A stretch of 63,047 nt of DNA, filler included, from Reticulomyxa filosa (GCA_000512085.1; 9 parts of 9 records of this genome joined end to end with filler, not necessarily neighbours in it); one strand, 5' to 3'; shown: positions 1 to 13,499, counted from the whole stretch's first letter. Notes: generated by a model not told the origin, from the sequence alone. Numbers and translations: made by a program.

Positions 1-169
1 AAAGTTTATATCGATGATGAATGATATTAAAATGAATTTTTTTTGTTTTTAATTGCTATCCAAGACTAAAGATGTCGTTAAGATATTGAAAGACAATGAT
101 ATTCAATTGTGCCATTCGACAAAAGCAATCAAGACCAAAGTCACATTTCAAGCAACCATATTGCTTGTG

Positions 170-300
170 AATGCCCAAAGAAGCGCAAAATGTAAGTATT
201 GCGGACTGGCAAATCATGAAGCAAATTGCAAAAACAAGAACGAGAAACAGACATAAATGTGTATTATGCCGAGAGCATCGTCTAAGAGATTCATTGCAAT
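170..300 (+). mobile_element. Degenerate non-LTR retrotransposon ORF1 (gag-like) zinc-knuckle fragment
   Basis: KCKYCGLANHEANC (CCHC-like), followed after a frameshift by HKCVLCREH; tandem knuckles are typical of LINE ORF1; lies upstream of RT/RNase H debris. Confidence 0.55.
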
Positions 301-1841
301 ATGACAATGAATGAAGATGCATTCATGAAGAAAAAAGTATATCAAGTCAAATGTGCAACAAGCAAAGAATTATTATCATACTGATGCTACCAAGAAAAAA
401 GATTAAATTGCGACTACCAATATGCAAGCAGATCTATGACCAGTAGGTCTATTGGTATTCCCAGAATAATACCAAACATTAGAACAAAACTTTCATCAGC
501 ACATCTGTTTATTTGCAAGAAATATTCACAAAGAAGAATATTATAATTTAAAAAAAAATTCATTTAAACATATAAACAATTTTTGTCTTCAACAAACGAA
601 AACAGAAACAAAGACAAAGAAAACAAACTTTTCAAACTAATAAGAAAATTTTTTTTATCGTAGATGTTTATACTAGTTGAAAATTTCATATCTGATCTTG
701 CGATATTTCGTAAAATCATATAGCGGACAACGAGTATACCAAGCGAAATTTCTGAAAACAGCTATTGAAACAGAATAGAAAGACCAAACAAAGTTTGCAA
801 GCAAAAAATTGAGTAACTTTCCATTGAATAATTGCAATTAAACATTCACACACAATTGATTATTTTAAGTATTAAATTTTAATTTTTGTTTTAGTTTTTT
901 CTAATTTGTTAAAAGAAGCGAATTTAATATCAATATTTTATGAGACTTCGACAATTCGAAAACAAGAGTCAAATTGTTTTCACAACCGTTGATTGATCGC
1001 AACATTTAATTTTTGAAATTTACTTTGCTCTTTTGATATTTTAAATTTAATTAAGACTTTAAATTGATATTTTTGCTTGTTGTGTTAATTGTGAGTGAGT
1101 TTTAACAATTTTGTAGAGCTTTTCCTTTGCTTTTTGTTTTTATTTTAGTACTGTGTTCCTTTTGGGATGAGGTGCTCTTTAACTAGGAAAAAAAAAATTA
1201 TAATTTCTAGTATCTTTACGTTCATCGGATTGATCTGGAGTATTATTCGAATCAAAAGAAACCGTTGTTATTCTGCAGTTTCTATTGAAACTTGCAGTGC
1301 AAGCAACTCAATATTCAGCATCATTGATCAGTAATTGAAGAACAGATAATGTGGAATTAGATACAATCATTTCCCAATATCTTCACCACGAATTAAACGA
1401 TAAAAGATCAAAATTCTTTGGACAAAGCAGTCGAATCTTAGACTAAATGTGTTATTGAAGCTGGAGAAGCGACAATTTAAGTCGGTTCAAAGCATTGAAT
1501 ACCAATAAGGTATGTATTATTCTAGTATTGATGAACAAAGAGGTAAATTCAGTGGCGATCATTGGCAAACACTTTAGTGAAGGAACAAAAATGTCCCATG
1601 GCGGCATGGCAAAAATAAAAGTTCATTAACATGCGAGGATGCGAAGGCATCCGCTCCTTCTGCTCCGAGCGCGATAAGGCCATCAAGCAACGATCAAACT
1701 CAAACAAGTGGTTAAAACAAAAACAGCTCCTTAGAAACTCAGTCCGAAAAAAACAAAACGGACGAAAAGAATAGTCAAAAAAAAATTAAGATGCTTCAAC
1801 TTGTTGATTTTTGTTTTGCTTTGAGTCGACAATTTACCATT

Positions 1842-2400
1842 CTATGAGATATTGTTCAAATAAGTCTTTGGTTTCCAAATCTTGTATGCCAACACAAGAT
1901 TATGACCATTGAATCGACCTGTCCATCTGACGCACTTGTGGTATAACTTCACCTTTTCTTTCCTTCGTTGTAATTCAAGAGGGAGTTGTGAAATAACATT
2001 GACTGTGTCATAAGCAGTCTGGTTCATTAAACCAAAAATTCGACAATCCTTTGTATCCTTTCCAATATTATCTTATGAGTCTACTTCACCATTCCAAAAT
2101 GCAGATGCATACTCTAGACTCGGACGAATAATTGCTTATATAATAGATTATATTTGGATAAACTTTCATATGTGTTATGCCACTATTGGAATCCTGCTTG
2201 TGTTTGATGTAATAATTACTTATCATTCAACCACTACATGAATCCCCTTGTGATGATCATTTCCATTAATTTACTAACGCTTGATAACAATGCGATCGGC
2301 CTTGATCCTTGCACTGACTATGGAGACAAATGTATCATAGTCTCAATAACTTCTTCTTTTGTAATATCACTCCCATCAATAAAATCATCGCTCAATTCCA
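1842..2400 (-). mobile_element. Degenerate LINE reverse-transcriptase fragments (minus strand, internally deleted)
   Basis: Manual minus-strand translation gives ITKEEVIETMIHLSP, RPIALLSSVSKLMEMII, QAGFQ (RT N-terminal motifs) and IRPSLEYASAFWNG (post-RT region), with stops and frameshifts. Confidence 0.75.
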
Positions 2401-2469
2401 ATAGTTTAGATATCTTCAATCATTTCATAATATTTTACATCCACATCTTTTGGATGCTGATAATGTTCT

Positions 2470-2712
2470 GTAGATGTCTTTTTTTTAAATAGAAAGAATG
2501 TTATAAGTTGAATTCACAGAAGAAAATATTGCAAAACAAGCACTTGAATACAGTACTAAGTATTACAATATGTTACAAAAGTAACCAACAAACAGCATTC
2601 TAGCTTCAACTTTGCAGCTATAGCTTTAATTTAAAAATTGTTTGAATGAAAATCATCTATCTCATTGTAAAAAGGTTTCAATTTATTCTTCAAACTTTTG
2701 TTATCATCACTC
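2470..2712. repeat. Diverged direct repeat, copy 1 (copy 2 at about 4200-4462)
   Basis: Collinear shared blocks: aaaatattg, caagcac, ttgaa.acagtactaa, tacaata.gttacaaaa, gtaaccaacaaa, cttcaac, atcatcac. Confidence 0.7.
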
Positions 2713-2729
2713 GGTTGATTGCCTTTGTC

Positions 2730-3760
2730 TCACAGGATTATTCCTGTTATACATTAATGACATTGTGTATTCAGTTCAAGATTCAATTCAATGTTGGATG
2801 TTTGCAGATGATGTTGCATTGCGGACATCTATTTACACAAGAAGGGATTAAAGTTGTAAAGGGAAACACTATCAAGAGTATACATTTATGCTTTGAAGTT
2901 GGTTTTCCGAGATACAGCCTGATCAATATCCACATCAAGGCAAATTGCCAATACAGATTGCAAGGCTTTCATATTCCAGCAAATCGCCTTTCGAGAAATG
3001 AAAGGGGTTAACATCAGATATTAAACGTTTGATGAAGATAGAAGTTGCAAACCTGATCCAAGACTTGGAGGAGCAGTATTTGTCATTCAAGTTCCGTCTC
3101 AATCACAATAGATCGAATTGGAGTTCCCAATCAAAGGAATCACAACAATAATTGTCAGTGAAATAGACAAGCATTGGAAAAAATTCAATTCCAGTACAAA
3201 GATGAAAGAGTTATTCTATATTTGCTTTGAATGCAATTCACAACAAATACAACTCGGAAACTTATAATTTTCCAATTGCAGAATGCCAAAGATTGATTAA
3301 AGGACTTGGAGGAAATTGTGTTCCTGAGATTTATTGGATCAAAGGACACTCCGGAATTTCTATAAATAAAAGAGCAGACGCAGTGACAAAGTTAGTAAGA
3401 TTCCAAGCAGAATAGATAAATCGGCACCATTTCTGAATTTCCATGAATTGAATCCGTTTTTCACAGAAGAATAGAATCGATATTGGGCAAATGAAATGGA
3501 ACCACACAATGTCCCAAACGATATTTACGCAATCTGATTGAAGCACAATCATTCGAAAAGATTGCTTTGCATCGATTTGAAGTATAAGCGCAGAGATGTT
3601 TGCATGGCAAGCAGCAGTCAAGAATTTGTTGCCTCAATTTCAATTCAACATATCAAACCTGAGAAATTTGGTTATTGGAGACAAGATATGTGAACATGAA
3701 ACAATGACAAAAATTGTCAAAGAACTTGCGAAGTTAATCGTTGCAACTGGAAGAATTATT
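2730..3760 (+). mobile_element. Degenerate LINE ORF2: RT catalytic motif plus RNase H fragment
   Basis: LFLLYINDIVYSVQDSIQCWMFADDVAL (FADD motif) in ORF 2642-2851; YWIKGHSGISINKRADAVTK (RNase H WVxGHxGxxGNExAD-like) in ORF 3227-3415; ends ELAKLIVATGR. Confidence 0.8.
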
Positions 3761-4199
3761 TAAAAATAAATTTTTCAACTAAATAAAACTATTTCAAAAA
3801 ACATCTATTTTGTTATTTGGTTTTATATTTATACTTTTCTTTTGTATCATTTAGTGCCATGTCCTATTTTGGACCAGGTGCTTTTTCAATTTGCTTTGCA
3901 CTTTGTGACATTAACAAAATGAACAAATAATGTCCGGAAATTTCCATAAAATTTATGCATTACTACTTTTCTAAACAACACACTTTTATTTCTCAATCCA
4001 AGTAACTGAAAAACTGATTTAAATTTTTGTGACAACAATCGTTGGCGTATTCGTACACAAGAATTGTCTTGTGACACATTCAATGTTATTTCCCAAATTC
4101 CCCCTCTTAAATTACAACGAATACAAGAAGATGTGATATTTGCCACAATAGCTGGAGTTATAATATACAATCAAGAGCATTATAACAAACATTGATCAT

Positions 4200-4462
4200 A
4201 GACTTTTTTTTAATTGAAGAATGTAATTGTTAAATTGACAAAAAGGCAAAATATTGTAAAGCAAGCACCTCACTCAAACTTGAACACAGTACTAAATAAT
4301 ACAATACGTTACAAAAAAGTAACCAACAAATAATATTCAAACTTCAACATTGAAGCAATAATTTTATTTTAGAATTTGTTTAGAGGAAAATAGAGAATGT
4401 ATCCTTTTATATCACTTCAAAATGATCTCAATTTAACCCATAAAACTTTTTGATCATCACAC
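4200..4462. repeat. Diverged direct repeat, copy 2
   Basis: Same collinear blocks as 2470-2712, with small insertions. Confidence 0.7.
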
Positions 4463-4979
4463 AGTAGCATTGCTCCCCTTTGTGCAGATCAGGTGGAATC
4501 CAAGGGTCCCTTTGGGACTCAGACTCTACGAGACTTCAGCAAACAGTGAAGTCATATTCTTCGAATGTTAAATATCAATCAAATTAAAATAAAAAAATTC
4601 AACATTCTCAGTTATCACCTTACAAAACTATATCACTCAAAAAACAAATCAAAACAAACATAAAAACTGTTGAAGCATTTTATTTTTTTAGTTTCCGTCT
4701 TTTGTTGCCTTTTCATTAACCTCTTGGCCTTTGTGGACCTTTTCGTTGGTTTACTGTCCTGGCTCGTAGCCTTATGCTTTTATCGTGTTTTTGGTACATA
4801 GTCCGAAAACATTTGTTAATGAGATACCTAATCTCGATTGAAAGATATATTTTGGTATTTTTACTAATCCCTTTCGCTTCGTCATTTGCTCATGTTGGCT
4901 TTTTTAGTTATCTAATGATTACGAAGGTCATATGAATTTTTTTATCATATACTTAATCAATAATTAATCATTAAATATC

Positions 4980-5700
4980 TTATTGTTGAATGTTGATTAT
5001 TCTAACTTATTGCAAGTTCGTGATTAATTCTATATTCAACAAATAGTATTCCAACATATATAAATCACCAATTGTCAGAAAATTTTGATATTACTTAATG
5101 TTCTATATATTGTATTAAATGTCATTATGTGATACCTTTAAATGATAAAGTTTATCTTGTTGCAAATAATTCTCGCAAGAAAGCACATCAATTGCAACTA
5201 GATTTGATTCAATAACATAATATTCAACAGCATACACAAAATTTGTAGTTAATTGGACACTTGAATTTGTTTACCAGATCGAATATCCTACAAACGAATA
5301 CTTTTATCTCTAAATCCAGATAATATTATATTTGCACCATTAATTCCTAATTTATTTGTTCCATTTTATACTAATAATTAAATTTTTTCGTCCTTTAAAT
5401 AAAACTAATTGTTTAGTTGTTTCAATATCACATGTACTAGTTCCATCAAATGATCCAGAACAATTTGTATATCCACTGCCAGCAATCAAATCAATATTGT
5501 TACTTTGCAGCGTTGAAATATCCAACATACAATGCAACATTCATGTCCATTGGAATCATGTAATGATTTGGATGTTTTAGTATCACATAAACGAACAGTT
5601 TTGTCCAATGATAAAGGACAAATAACATTACGGTAATTATTATAATAATGATATTGTGAAAATTCACAAAATACACAGATGAACGAAATACTTCAAGCAT
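4980..5700 (-). pseudogene. WD40-repeat protein pseudogene (expanded family)
   Basis: LIAGSGYTNCSGSFDGTSTCDIETTKQLVLFKG and KLGINGANIILSGFRDKSIRL*DIRSGKQIQV; the conserved W of WD is replaced by a stop, plus frameshifts. Confidence 0.8.
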
Positions 5701-6052
5701 AAAAACTGTAGTGGCCTATGTTACATGTGATAATGAATAACATGCAAAATGGAAAATAGGCTAACATTTGTTTAATTTGGCGGCACTCTAAACGCATACC
5801 GACGCGCAAAAAAGAAAAAAAACACTTGGAAAATACAGCACAACAAACAGAAAAGCAAAAAAAGAACACATGGGCTTAGAAATAATGCCAAGATTACAAC
5901 GCAACCAACGACCAAGTCATATTGCAAACGCAAAATAGCTAATGAGAAGAACGAGAGAGGAGCATGAATGTACTCTTTTTGCCTCTCCCCTTTTTCTCTT
6001 TGTTCTTTGTAAAATCATTTCCTCAATGTTTGGAAAGACGGAGTCAGTATTT

Positions 6053-7595
6053 TTAGAAAGAACCCAAAAGAGAACTCCATTGCAACGCAAGTCGAAAGCC
6101 TGATCCTAAATCAGGTTGCAAAAGATCTTGATGAAAAGGATCAAACTTGCATTTTTCCAAGGTGTTTAAAAAGCGTTGCGCAGCGATTGATAATAGCAAA
6201 ATCGATTTGACTTTGCTATCAAGTTCGTTTTTTATATCCCTCGCCGCAAACAAATGTGCATACGCTTTTTCAGTCAAATCTTCGACTGCAGATCTCAACG
6301 CATCACTGCATTGCCCTTTTAAGATTGTTTCTTCATCTTTCCACACGCTGTATTTGTTCGCCACATCGTCTGGTAGCTTTGTTTTGCGTTATGCGCACAT
6401 GCACATACGTGTTCCAGAAGGGGAAAAGGAAAAAAAAGGGTGAGAAAGGGTGATGAGTGAAGTGAAAACAGAAAAAAAAAGAATAAACTGCAATAAAACC
6501 ATTAGCAGCAGCAAAAGGTATGGATTTCAAAAGTATGGCAAACTGCATAAAGGCCGCGATGTGCGACACTGCAGTAAAGTGTTTGTTAAGTGTATCATCG
6601 CCGTCTCCACTGCTAGCATTGCCATTGCTATTGCTATTGCTATTGCGATTGGGAACACAGCCCAATATTTGCATGGCCAAATATAGTAACACGGCCTGAG
6701 TGTTTTCGGCGTATTCCTCCATGTCCGAGATGGTGGCAAAAGTGTTACTCTGTAGAAACAGGTCACGACCAGAGACGAGACGCAATAGCCATTGGCCGTT
6801 CAAATGGTAGCGATGGCGGACCACGCGAAGTGCGACGAGAACGGGTGTGTCGGGGATGTGCTTTTGATATGCCGTGTTTTGCAACATCGCTTCACGACGC
6901 TCTTTCTCCTCATTCGCCAAATCGCTAACGGCGGAGAGCCACCAGTGCAATCGCATTTTCGCCGCGTCCGTGCCCTTGGCCTCGCTGCGAACACGTGACA
7001 ATTCCAAGTTGAAAGCGCGGGTTACTATCACGCCCAGTTTCTGCGTCTCATTGCATTTCAAGTGTTGCAACGCCAAAAAGGTTTGTGGTTCTTGTTTTCT
7101 GTTTTTGTTTTTGTTTTAGCTTTGTTATCATTGTTTATTGTTGAGTTGTTTTTTTTTAATCCCCCTTTTTTTTAACTTTACTTCTTCGATGCAATATTCA
7201 AAAGCCCTTTTGACTTGATCTTCCTTCTCCTTGGACAGAGGCTGTCGCACTCTTTTTTCTGAGTCTGGATTTTGTCTTGCTGTTGTGGAGGTCTTTCCTT
7301 GGCTTGGATTTTGTGGTGAAGTGCGCTCGCTTCCTTGCTGTGCTTGTTTGTGCGCGTCTTGTGGCGTGTTTGGTGCTGATGGAGATTGAGACTCGGTGAA
7401 GCAACGGCGCTGATAATTATTGCCGTACCTGTCCTTAGATTGATTTGAGTGGGCAAAGCTCACACTGCTTAAAGGATTTTGTTTGGGGCCTGTCTTTACT
7501 CCATTCACATTCACATGATACCGAATCGATGAGCATCTCAGTCGAACACTCGCCTCTCGACCTGCCCAATGCTTAAACATCAAGCATTGTTTCAT
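6053..7595 (-). CDS. NDUFAF6: Mitochondrial complex I assembly factor 6 (squalene/phytoene synthase-like fold), about 3 exons
   Basis: AFEYCIEEV, RAFNLELSRVR, KMRLHWW, PVLVAL, FATISDMEEYAENTQAVLLYL, FLNTLEKCKFDPF; basic transit-like N-terminus; introns at about 7100-7177 and 6395-6490. Confidence 0.85.
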
Positions 7596-8029
7596 TATTT
7601 CAACTCTCCAATTAGACGTTATTCGTATGCTGCCACTTTTACTGAAAATATCAATGGCCGTTCAATGGCCGATGTATAATTGGAGATAAAACTTTTTTCA
7701 ACTTTCCATTTCATTTCAAGAAGAAATACCAAATCATATCTTGATAGAGTATATTTATTTTGAAACAATTGCAATGCTTTTTACGCGTTCATTTATTGAT
7801 AACAATGATTATTTTCTCATGCACTTGTCAAAAGTCCACTCTATTTACTGTTTTTCCGTTTCTTTAGCTCCATTTATTCCTTCTTTTCTGCAATACTTTT
7901 AGAAGTTTGCACATTGAAAAGGATTCACTTTTCGATGGTTGCAATTTGTTCAACCAAAAAAAACACTGCTTCATTGTAAAAAGAGGGCAATCAAATAATG
8001 CCTCAATTGATTAAAAAAGCAAATAAATA

Positions 8030-10964
8030 TCAATCGTGCAATTTTGTTTTTGATTTTTCTATTCTGTACTTTTTTTGATCCCTTTCCCTTTCCCGACTTC
8101 TGCTGTGGCTACGTTTCTTTTCTTGTTGAAACCTGCTTCCATTGCGACTGCTTGTGCGGTGGTATTTGCCTTTGTTGCGAGAAGTAGATCTGGAGGATGA
8201 GGTTGACCTTGATTTGCTTTTTGATCGTTTTGTTTTTTTGAATTTATGCTCTTTTTTGTTACGATAGTCCTTATTGGATGAGCGTGACGAGGATGAAGAT
8301 TTACTGCTGTGTCGCATTCGTTCCCGACTACGACTGCGACCTTTGTGTCTATAACTTTCAGTATTTTTTTCTTTGGAGACATTTCTCTCATTACTTCTGT
8401 CATCTCGATGTCGTGATCTGCTGCGATCACGTCTCTTTTTGCTAATGCTGCTGTTGCTCCTGCTCCGGCCTCTGCAGGATGTGAGATTGTCCCCGTTGCC
8501 TTTTGTGGAAATGAGAGATTTGTCGCGTTTGCCTGTCTGTGTGGGCGACGAGTCATCCTTTTTAACACCATTTTTGGATCTCCTCTGTCCCTTCCTGTCT
8601 TGTTCGTTGTGTTTATTGGCTTCACTTGAGATCGAACGCGACCGAGACGTGGACCGCCTCGATTTGCGACTTTCGTTATCGTCTTTGTTTTCGTTTTTCA
8701 GCATCTGTGATCCAACAAACATACTTGTTCGAATGGATGCACATCACTCCAAGCCAAGTGAGACAGACACAGTTTAACTTTGAATTTGATTTGAAGTTTG
8801 ACAATTTTCCATAGATAATACAAGTGATAAGGATTGTCCGAGTCCAAAAACGCCATGTCTTTGTTGTGTTGGTTATAGGTTTTGATCTATTGTTCGTCAC
8901 AACATTATTCCGCGTGTTGTGCTCACGACTATTGCCACAGTTATGTTTGTGGCATCGCCCTCTCTCCCTCTCCCCTTTTGGTAGTTCCAAACAAAACAGT
9001 TACGCAACTACTTGCTCGTAGTCTTTGCCAGACTTGACCACATTTTCCGCTGTTTCTTCGATCAGCGCAACAATCTGTTATTTGTTTCATTTGCATTATT
9101 ATTATTATTAATGTGGATTGCTATTTCAATTAAAAAAAAAAAAAAACAGACAAATAACAACAGCGTTTCATGTAACGTACGTGAGAAGCAGGCCTTTCTC
9201 CTTGAAATGATCCGTCGCTGTTGGTATCTGCATCTTCTTCCTGTTTGGATTTGTCTTGAAGTGGCTTGAAGAAATCATTGGTGGTTTCGACGGTGGGATG
9301 TTTGAATGTGCTGTTGGGCGAAAACCCAGGTGGCTTGGAAGGAATTGTCGCTTCTGTTTCTGGCCCGCTTTCATCATCCGAATTGTAGATCGCTAGCGCT
9401 GCCAATGCCGACTTTGTGTCGTTTGCAGTATCCGATGGCTTTGTTGTTTTCTTTCTCGTCTCCTCACTCTCCACTTTTTGGGTGGGCTATTTACCAATTT
9501 GATGCAAGTATGTTTGTGTGCGGTGGGCTCGAATGTGTGACACCAACTCTCATTTAAAAAACACATAAACAAATAAATAAAAAAACAATCAAACTAAACT
9601 CACGACGCAAACATATGATTCCAAAAAACAAGAAAGGGGACAATAGAATAGCACACAAAGTGAATTGTTTGGACAAGCAAGCAAACATTCAAAATCATGA
9701 CACCCACACAATGAATGAACCCCCGCCCCCCTCCTCTCCTTCTCTTTCATAACACCAACAACAATTAAAAAGGTGATGCACGGAACACAACGTCGATAAA
9801 ACAACGACAATAACATGTGACCACCCTTTTCTTTTTATCTTGTCTTTTCTTTTCTGTTCTTTCTCACCCTTTGTCTCTCTCTCTCCCTTCCCTTGGCAAT
9901 GTAAAGAAGAGGGGATAGTGAAGCCATACCATTTGTGTTAATCTCTTTTTGAGAAAAGTGTAATAAGGATATAATTGATCCATTGGATCCATAAAATTGA
10001 ATTCTGCATTGTTTGCCTATGTATCACAACGCCCACAAACAAACACACAAACATGCTTCTCAACAGTACTGACTTAACAAAAAAAATAAATAATAACAAT
10101 AATAACAGCATTTTTTGAACGTGTCACAAAAAAAAGATTAGAGAGAAATGGCAAAAGTTGAGAGAAAAGGGGGGAAGAAGGAGGGAAGAAAAATAAAAAA
10201 ATTTAAAAAAAAGTTCATTTGCCATATGATCGACAAGTTTAACTTATTATCAATACATTACTTATTATTATGCCAAAAGAGCCTAGGAATTGACTATGTG
10301 GTTTTTAATACGTATACACATATATGCTGTATTTTGGACGGCCTTTGTGCTCGTATGTTACCCTTTTATTTGTCGTACCTGTTTGATTTGAGCATAATTT
10401 CAAATTGTAATCCTTTTTCGTGGACCCATTTGGCCGTTTTTTCAATCAGTTGATGTTTTGCCAACGTAGGTGGCTGTGATTGTTCATTGCCATCAAAGAA
10501 AAAAATTGGTTGGTTGTTTAATTCATGTAAATACGCGCACATACAAAAAAAAAAAAAAGAAAATCTGCTGTGCTAACCACCGGAATTGTTGGCAGTACAT
10601 AAAAAGGGGGGCAAAATGGCTGGGTCTGAGAATGTTCGTTCTTGCTGGGCAAAACGAAGCCTGGCGGGAGATCTTTGTGTATAAAGTTTTGGGTTGGGAC
10701 ATCAAAGTGCAAATACGTTGAATTCGAGAGCGAGGACGTGGGAACACTACAAACAAAAATCAACTTACTAGGCTCAGGATTATGATTTTTTTGAGTATAC
10801 TCTTGTTCTAGTGCATCCAACTCTGCTAAGAGTTTTGATTCTTCTTCTTCAAGTGAAAGCATTAGCATATATTCGAAAGGAACCACTCTTTTTTTTTTTG
10901 CATTAAGGTTCTGTTCAACTGGTGTTACAAAATCCTTTTTGTTCTGTTTTCTAGTTCGGTACAT
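8030..10964 (-). CDS. SFSWAP: Suppressor-of-white-apricot-like splicing factor: two SURP domains plus RS-rich C-terminus, multi-exon
   Basis: Manually spliced SURP1 PPTLAKHQLIEKTAKWVHEKGLQFEIMLKS / ANNAEFNFMDPMDQLYPYYTFLK (about 10490-9935); SURP2 IVALIEETAENVVKSGKDYEQVV / MAFLDSDNPYHLYYLWKI (about 9075-8790); RS-dipeptide tail in ORF 8030-8722. These exons are too short for the ORF track. Confidence 0.75.
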
Positions 10965-11164
10965 TATCTTGAGGAAAAAACGATAAACTACTTTGAAGTT
11001 TGCTTATACTTCAAACGTGAAATCATAACTTCACTGAGGCTACCCTGTTTCATTTTACTCAGTAACAGTGTGGGGCTTCCCAAAAGATCAAACCAGATTT
11101 TTTTTAAAGAAAAGCAGCACTCTGAAATTTTGTCTTAATATTATCAAATAAAGCCACATACAAA

Positions 11165-12989
11165 ATGTCGCGATTTTCCAGTTATTTTTGGAAATTTCGG
11201 TGGAGGGCACCGATAATGCAACGGCCCAGAATTTTCCAACAAATGACTGCAGACACGACCGAAAGCATTGCAGAGCGCTCTTTTCAATCGAAGACCGTTC
11301 CAGGGATGGAAGCCTCAGCGCTGTTTCCGCCACTAAACGGTCGATCGAATGCATTCAAATTTGCAGGTTATTCATTTGGAACAATTCTGTTGATCGTATT
11401 GGGACCCATTGTATTGTGGCCAGTTGCAGACGTGTATATACTGCCTTGGGTGTTATGCAAATCTCTGGAAAGAACACCAAAACATAAGACGCAAATTTGG
11501 GGTCGGGAACATGAGATCGAGCAGATATCGGAAATGCGAAAGAGACCAGCAAACAACGTAAGCTTTTTTTTTTTGTGTGCATACACGTACATGCCTGTGT
11601 GCATACACGTACATGCATATCTGCTAACCTATCGCTGCAAAGACAAGATTTGGGTGAATGTTTTTTGCAAACAGATTTGGATTTTGTCAGGCGTGACAAA
11701 TTCAGGCAAAACAGCATTGTTGCAAAAAATGGAAAGCGACAAGCACGGGATAATATATATTGACTTGCGTCATTTTTTCGATGGCAACGCCTTTGTGTTT
11801 GAAATGATTGACGCGCTGTACAATGAAAAGAAGACGGGTGGAATCGGCCGTTTCGTAGGCACATACGTGAAGTTGTTCACATTTGTCACGTCGTTAATGG
11901 CGCAGTCGGACCAGCAGATCACGGCCATGCTGTATTTCCACGCCATGTTGAACCACTTGCGCGCAGGTATCCGTCGGTATAACTCCAAGTACGGACTGCT
12001 GCCATCATTGTCGTCTCGAGTTACAGATACGCACTCCGATGGACTTCCTTTGATCGTCTTCGACCACTTTGAAGCCCTGGGCGAGGCGTACAATCGTTGT
12101 GACAGCTCCAAGAATCGTGAAATGCTCTCTTTCATCATGTACAGTCTTGGCCAGTTTGCCACCAGTCTGTGTCACGATCAAGGCCTCGCTCACGTCCTCT
12201 TTGTTGGAGATGAACTCTTCACCATTAACAAGGAGGCCAGAGGATTTCAACTGCACGAACAGAGGGCATTTAATCCCACCGAACACTTACAGAGCTTCCT
12301 AAAATATTTATCGAGTGACTCCAGTGACGGTATACATATATATATACATATATATATGTATACGTATATACTTAAATATATGTATACATATACATATGTG
12401 ATTAGAACATGCGCATTCGTCATTACCTGTTCTGAACCAGCATTGCGAGTATTGGAGTATCAGCGGTGTGGATCACAAGTCGGCGGTAAATGCTATGCTA
12501 TCGATGTGGCAATCGACATTTGGATGGGATCAACAGAACAAAGAAAAGTACGAGTGTCTGGTAAGCAATGCCAATAAACTAATTCGTGCCCTCGGCACCA
12601 AGCCTGTGAATATCGACAATTGTGTTCGCACCATTGCAAAGTACTTTATGCAGATTGACGCCAAAGAGCGAAGCATTTTGCGTTTCAATGGCATCGTCGA
12701 CGATTTTATCTCGAAACACGAACAAGCACAACATAGCAAGCTGTGGCCGCTAAAGTCCAATGCCCAGGCTTTTTTCAAGTCTTTGAAAAAAGATCGCAAG
12801 ATGGACTGGAGTACTGCTGTCACAAAGTACTTTCCTGAGGATAAAGATCTGTCGCTGTTGCTGCACTTGATTCGAAATGGCGTAATCCATCGTGTCCACG
12901 GCACAAACTTGGCACGAACCGATGATGAATTGCGTCAACGCTTGTTGCACGGCACAGATAGTGTCGTATATTTGGAAGCAACTGCATGA
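11165..12989 (+). CDS. Membrane-anchored P-loop ATPase (archaeal-ATPase/Yme2-RNA12-like), probably mitochondrial, 3 exons
   Basis: Arg-rich N-terminus, TM segment GTILLIVLGPIVLWPVA, Walker A GVTNSGKT, Walker B-like PLIVFDHFE, LAHVLFV; introns 11558-11674 and about 12330-12406. Confidence 0.65.
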
Positions 12990-13499
12990 ACCCTGACGGA
13001 ACGCCGTAATTTGTGAATTTTGCTATGTGGCAAAGAGAAGGCAGTTCAACTGCGCTTTGCTTTTTAAATGTGTAATAAGTATCCCTCCCTCTTGATTGTC
13101 GTCAATCCACTTTTTGTAACATCTTGCTAGCTCTAAAATGTGCACACTTTCTTTCTTAAAAAAAGATTGTTGGTTTTAAATTGCAATGATAGTGTGTACC
13201 TATTTGTGACAAACTTTTTTTTAAAAGTAATAAAATTTTTGGAGTGGACAACAAGATTCGTTTTTAAAAACGCTGTAAATCCCAATGACAAACTTATATC
13301 GCAAAAAACTTATCATAATAACTTTGAGAACGACATTGAAACGGATTTACTTGGGTTCCAAAAACACTGGAAGAGGGACAGTCCAAAAATCGAAAACAGC
13401 AAAATTTTTTTTTGAGGAAAAAAATAATAGATTACCTAAATCTGGTGATATTTTTGCTTTATCTTGTACTGTTAAATTGGAAGACTTGTTTAACGCACT

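Noticed and set aside
4500-4530. Minus-strand CTGAGTCCCAAAGGGAC resembling hammerhead stem II
   Set aside because: Lacks the CUGANGA and GAAA catalytic core
12330-12400. (TA/TACA)n tracts, also at about 27560, 33920 and 59712 (CA)n
   Set aside because: Ordinary intronic or intergenic microsatellites
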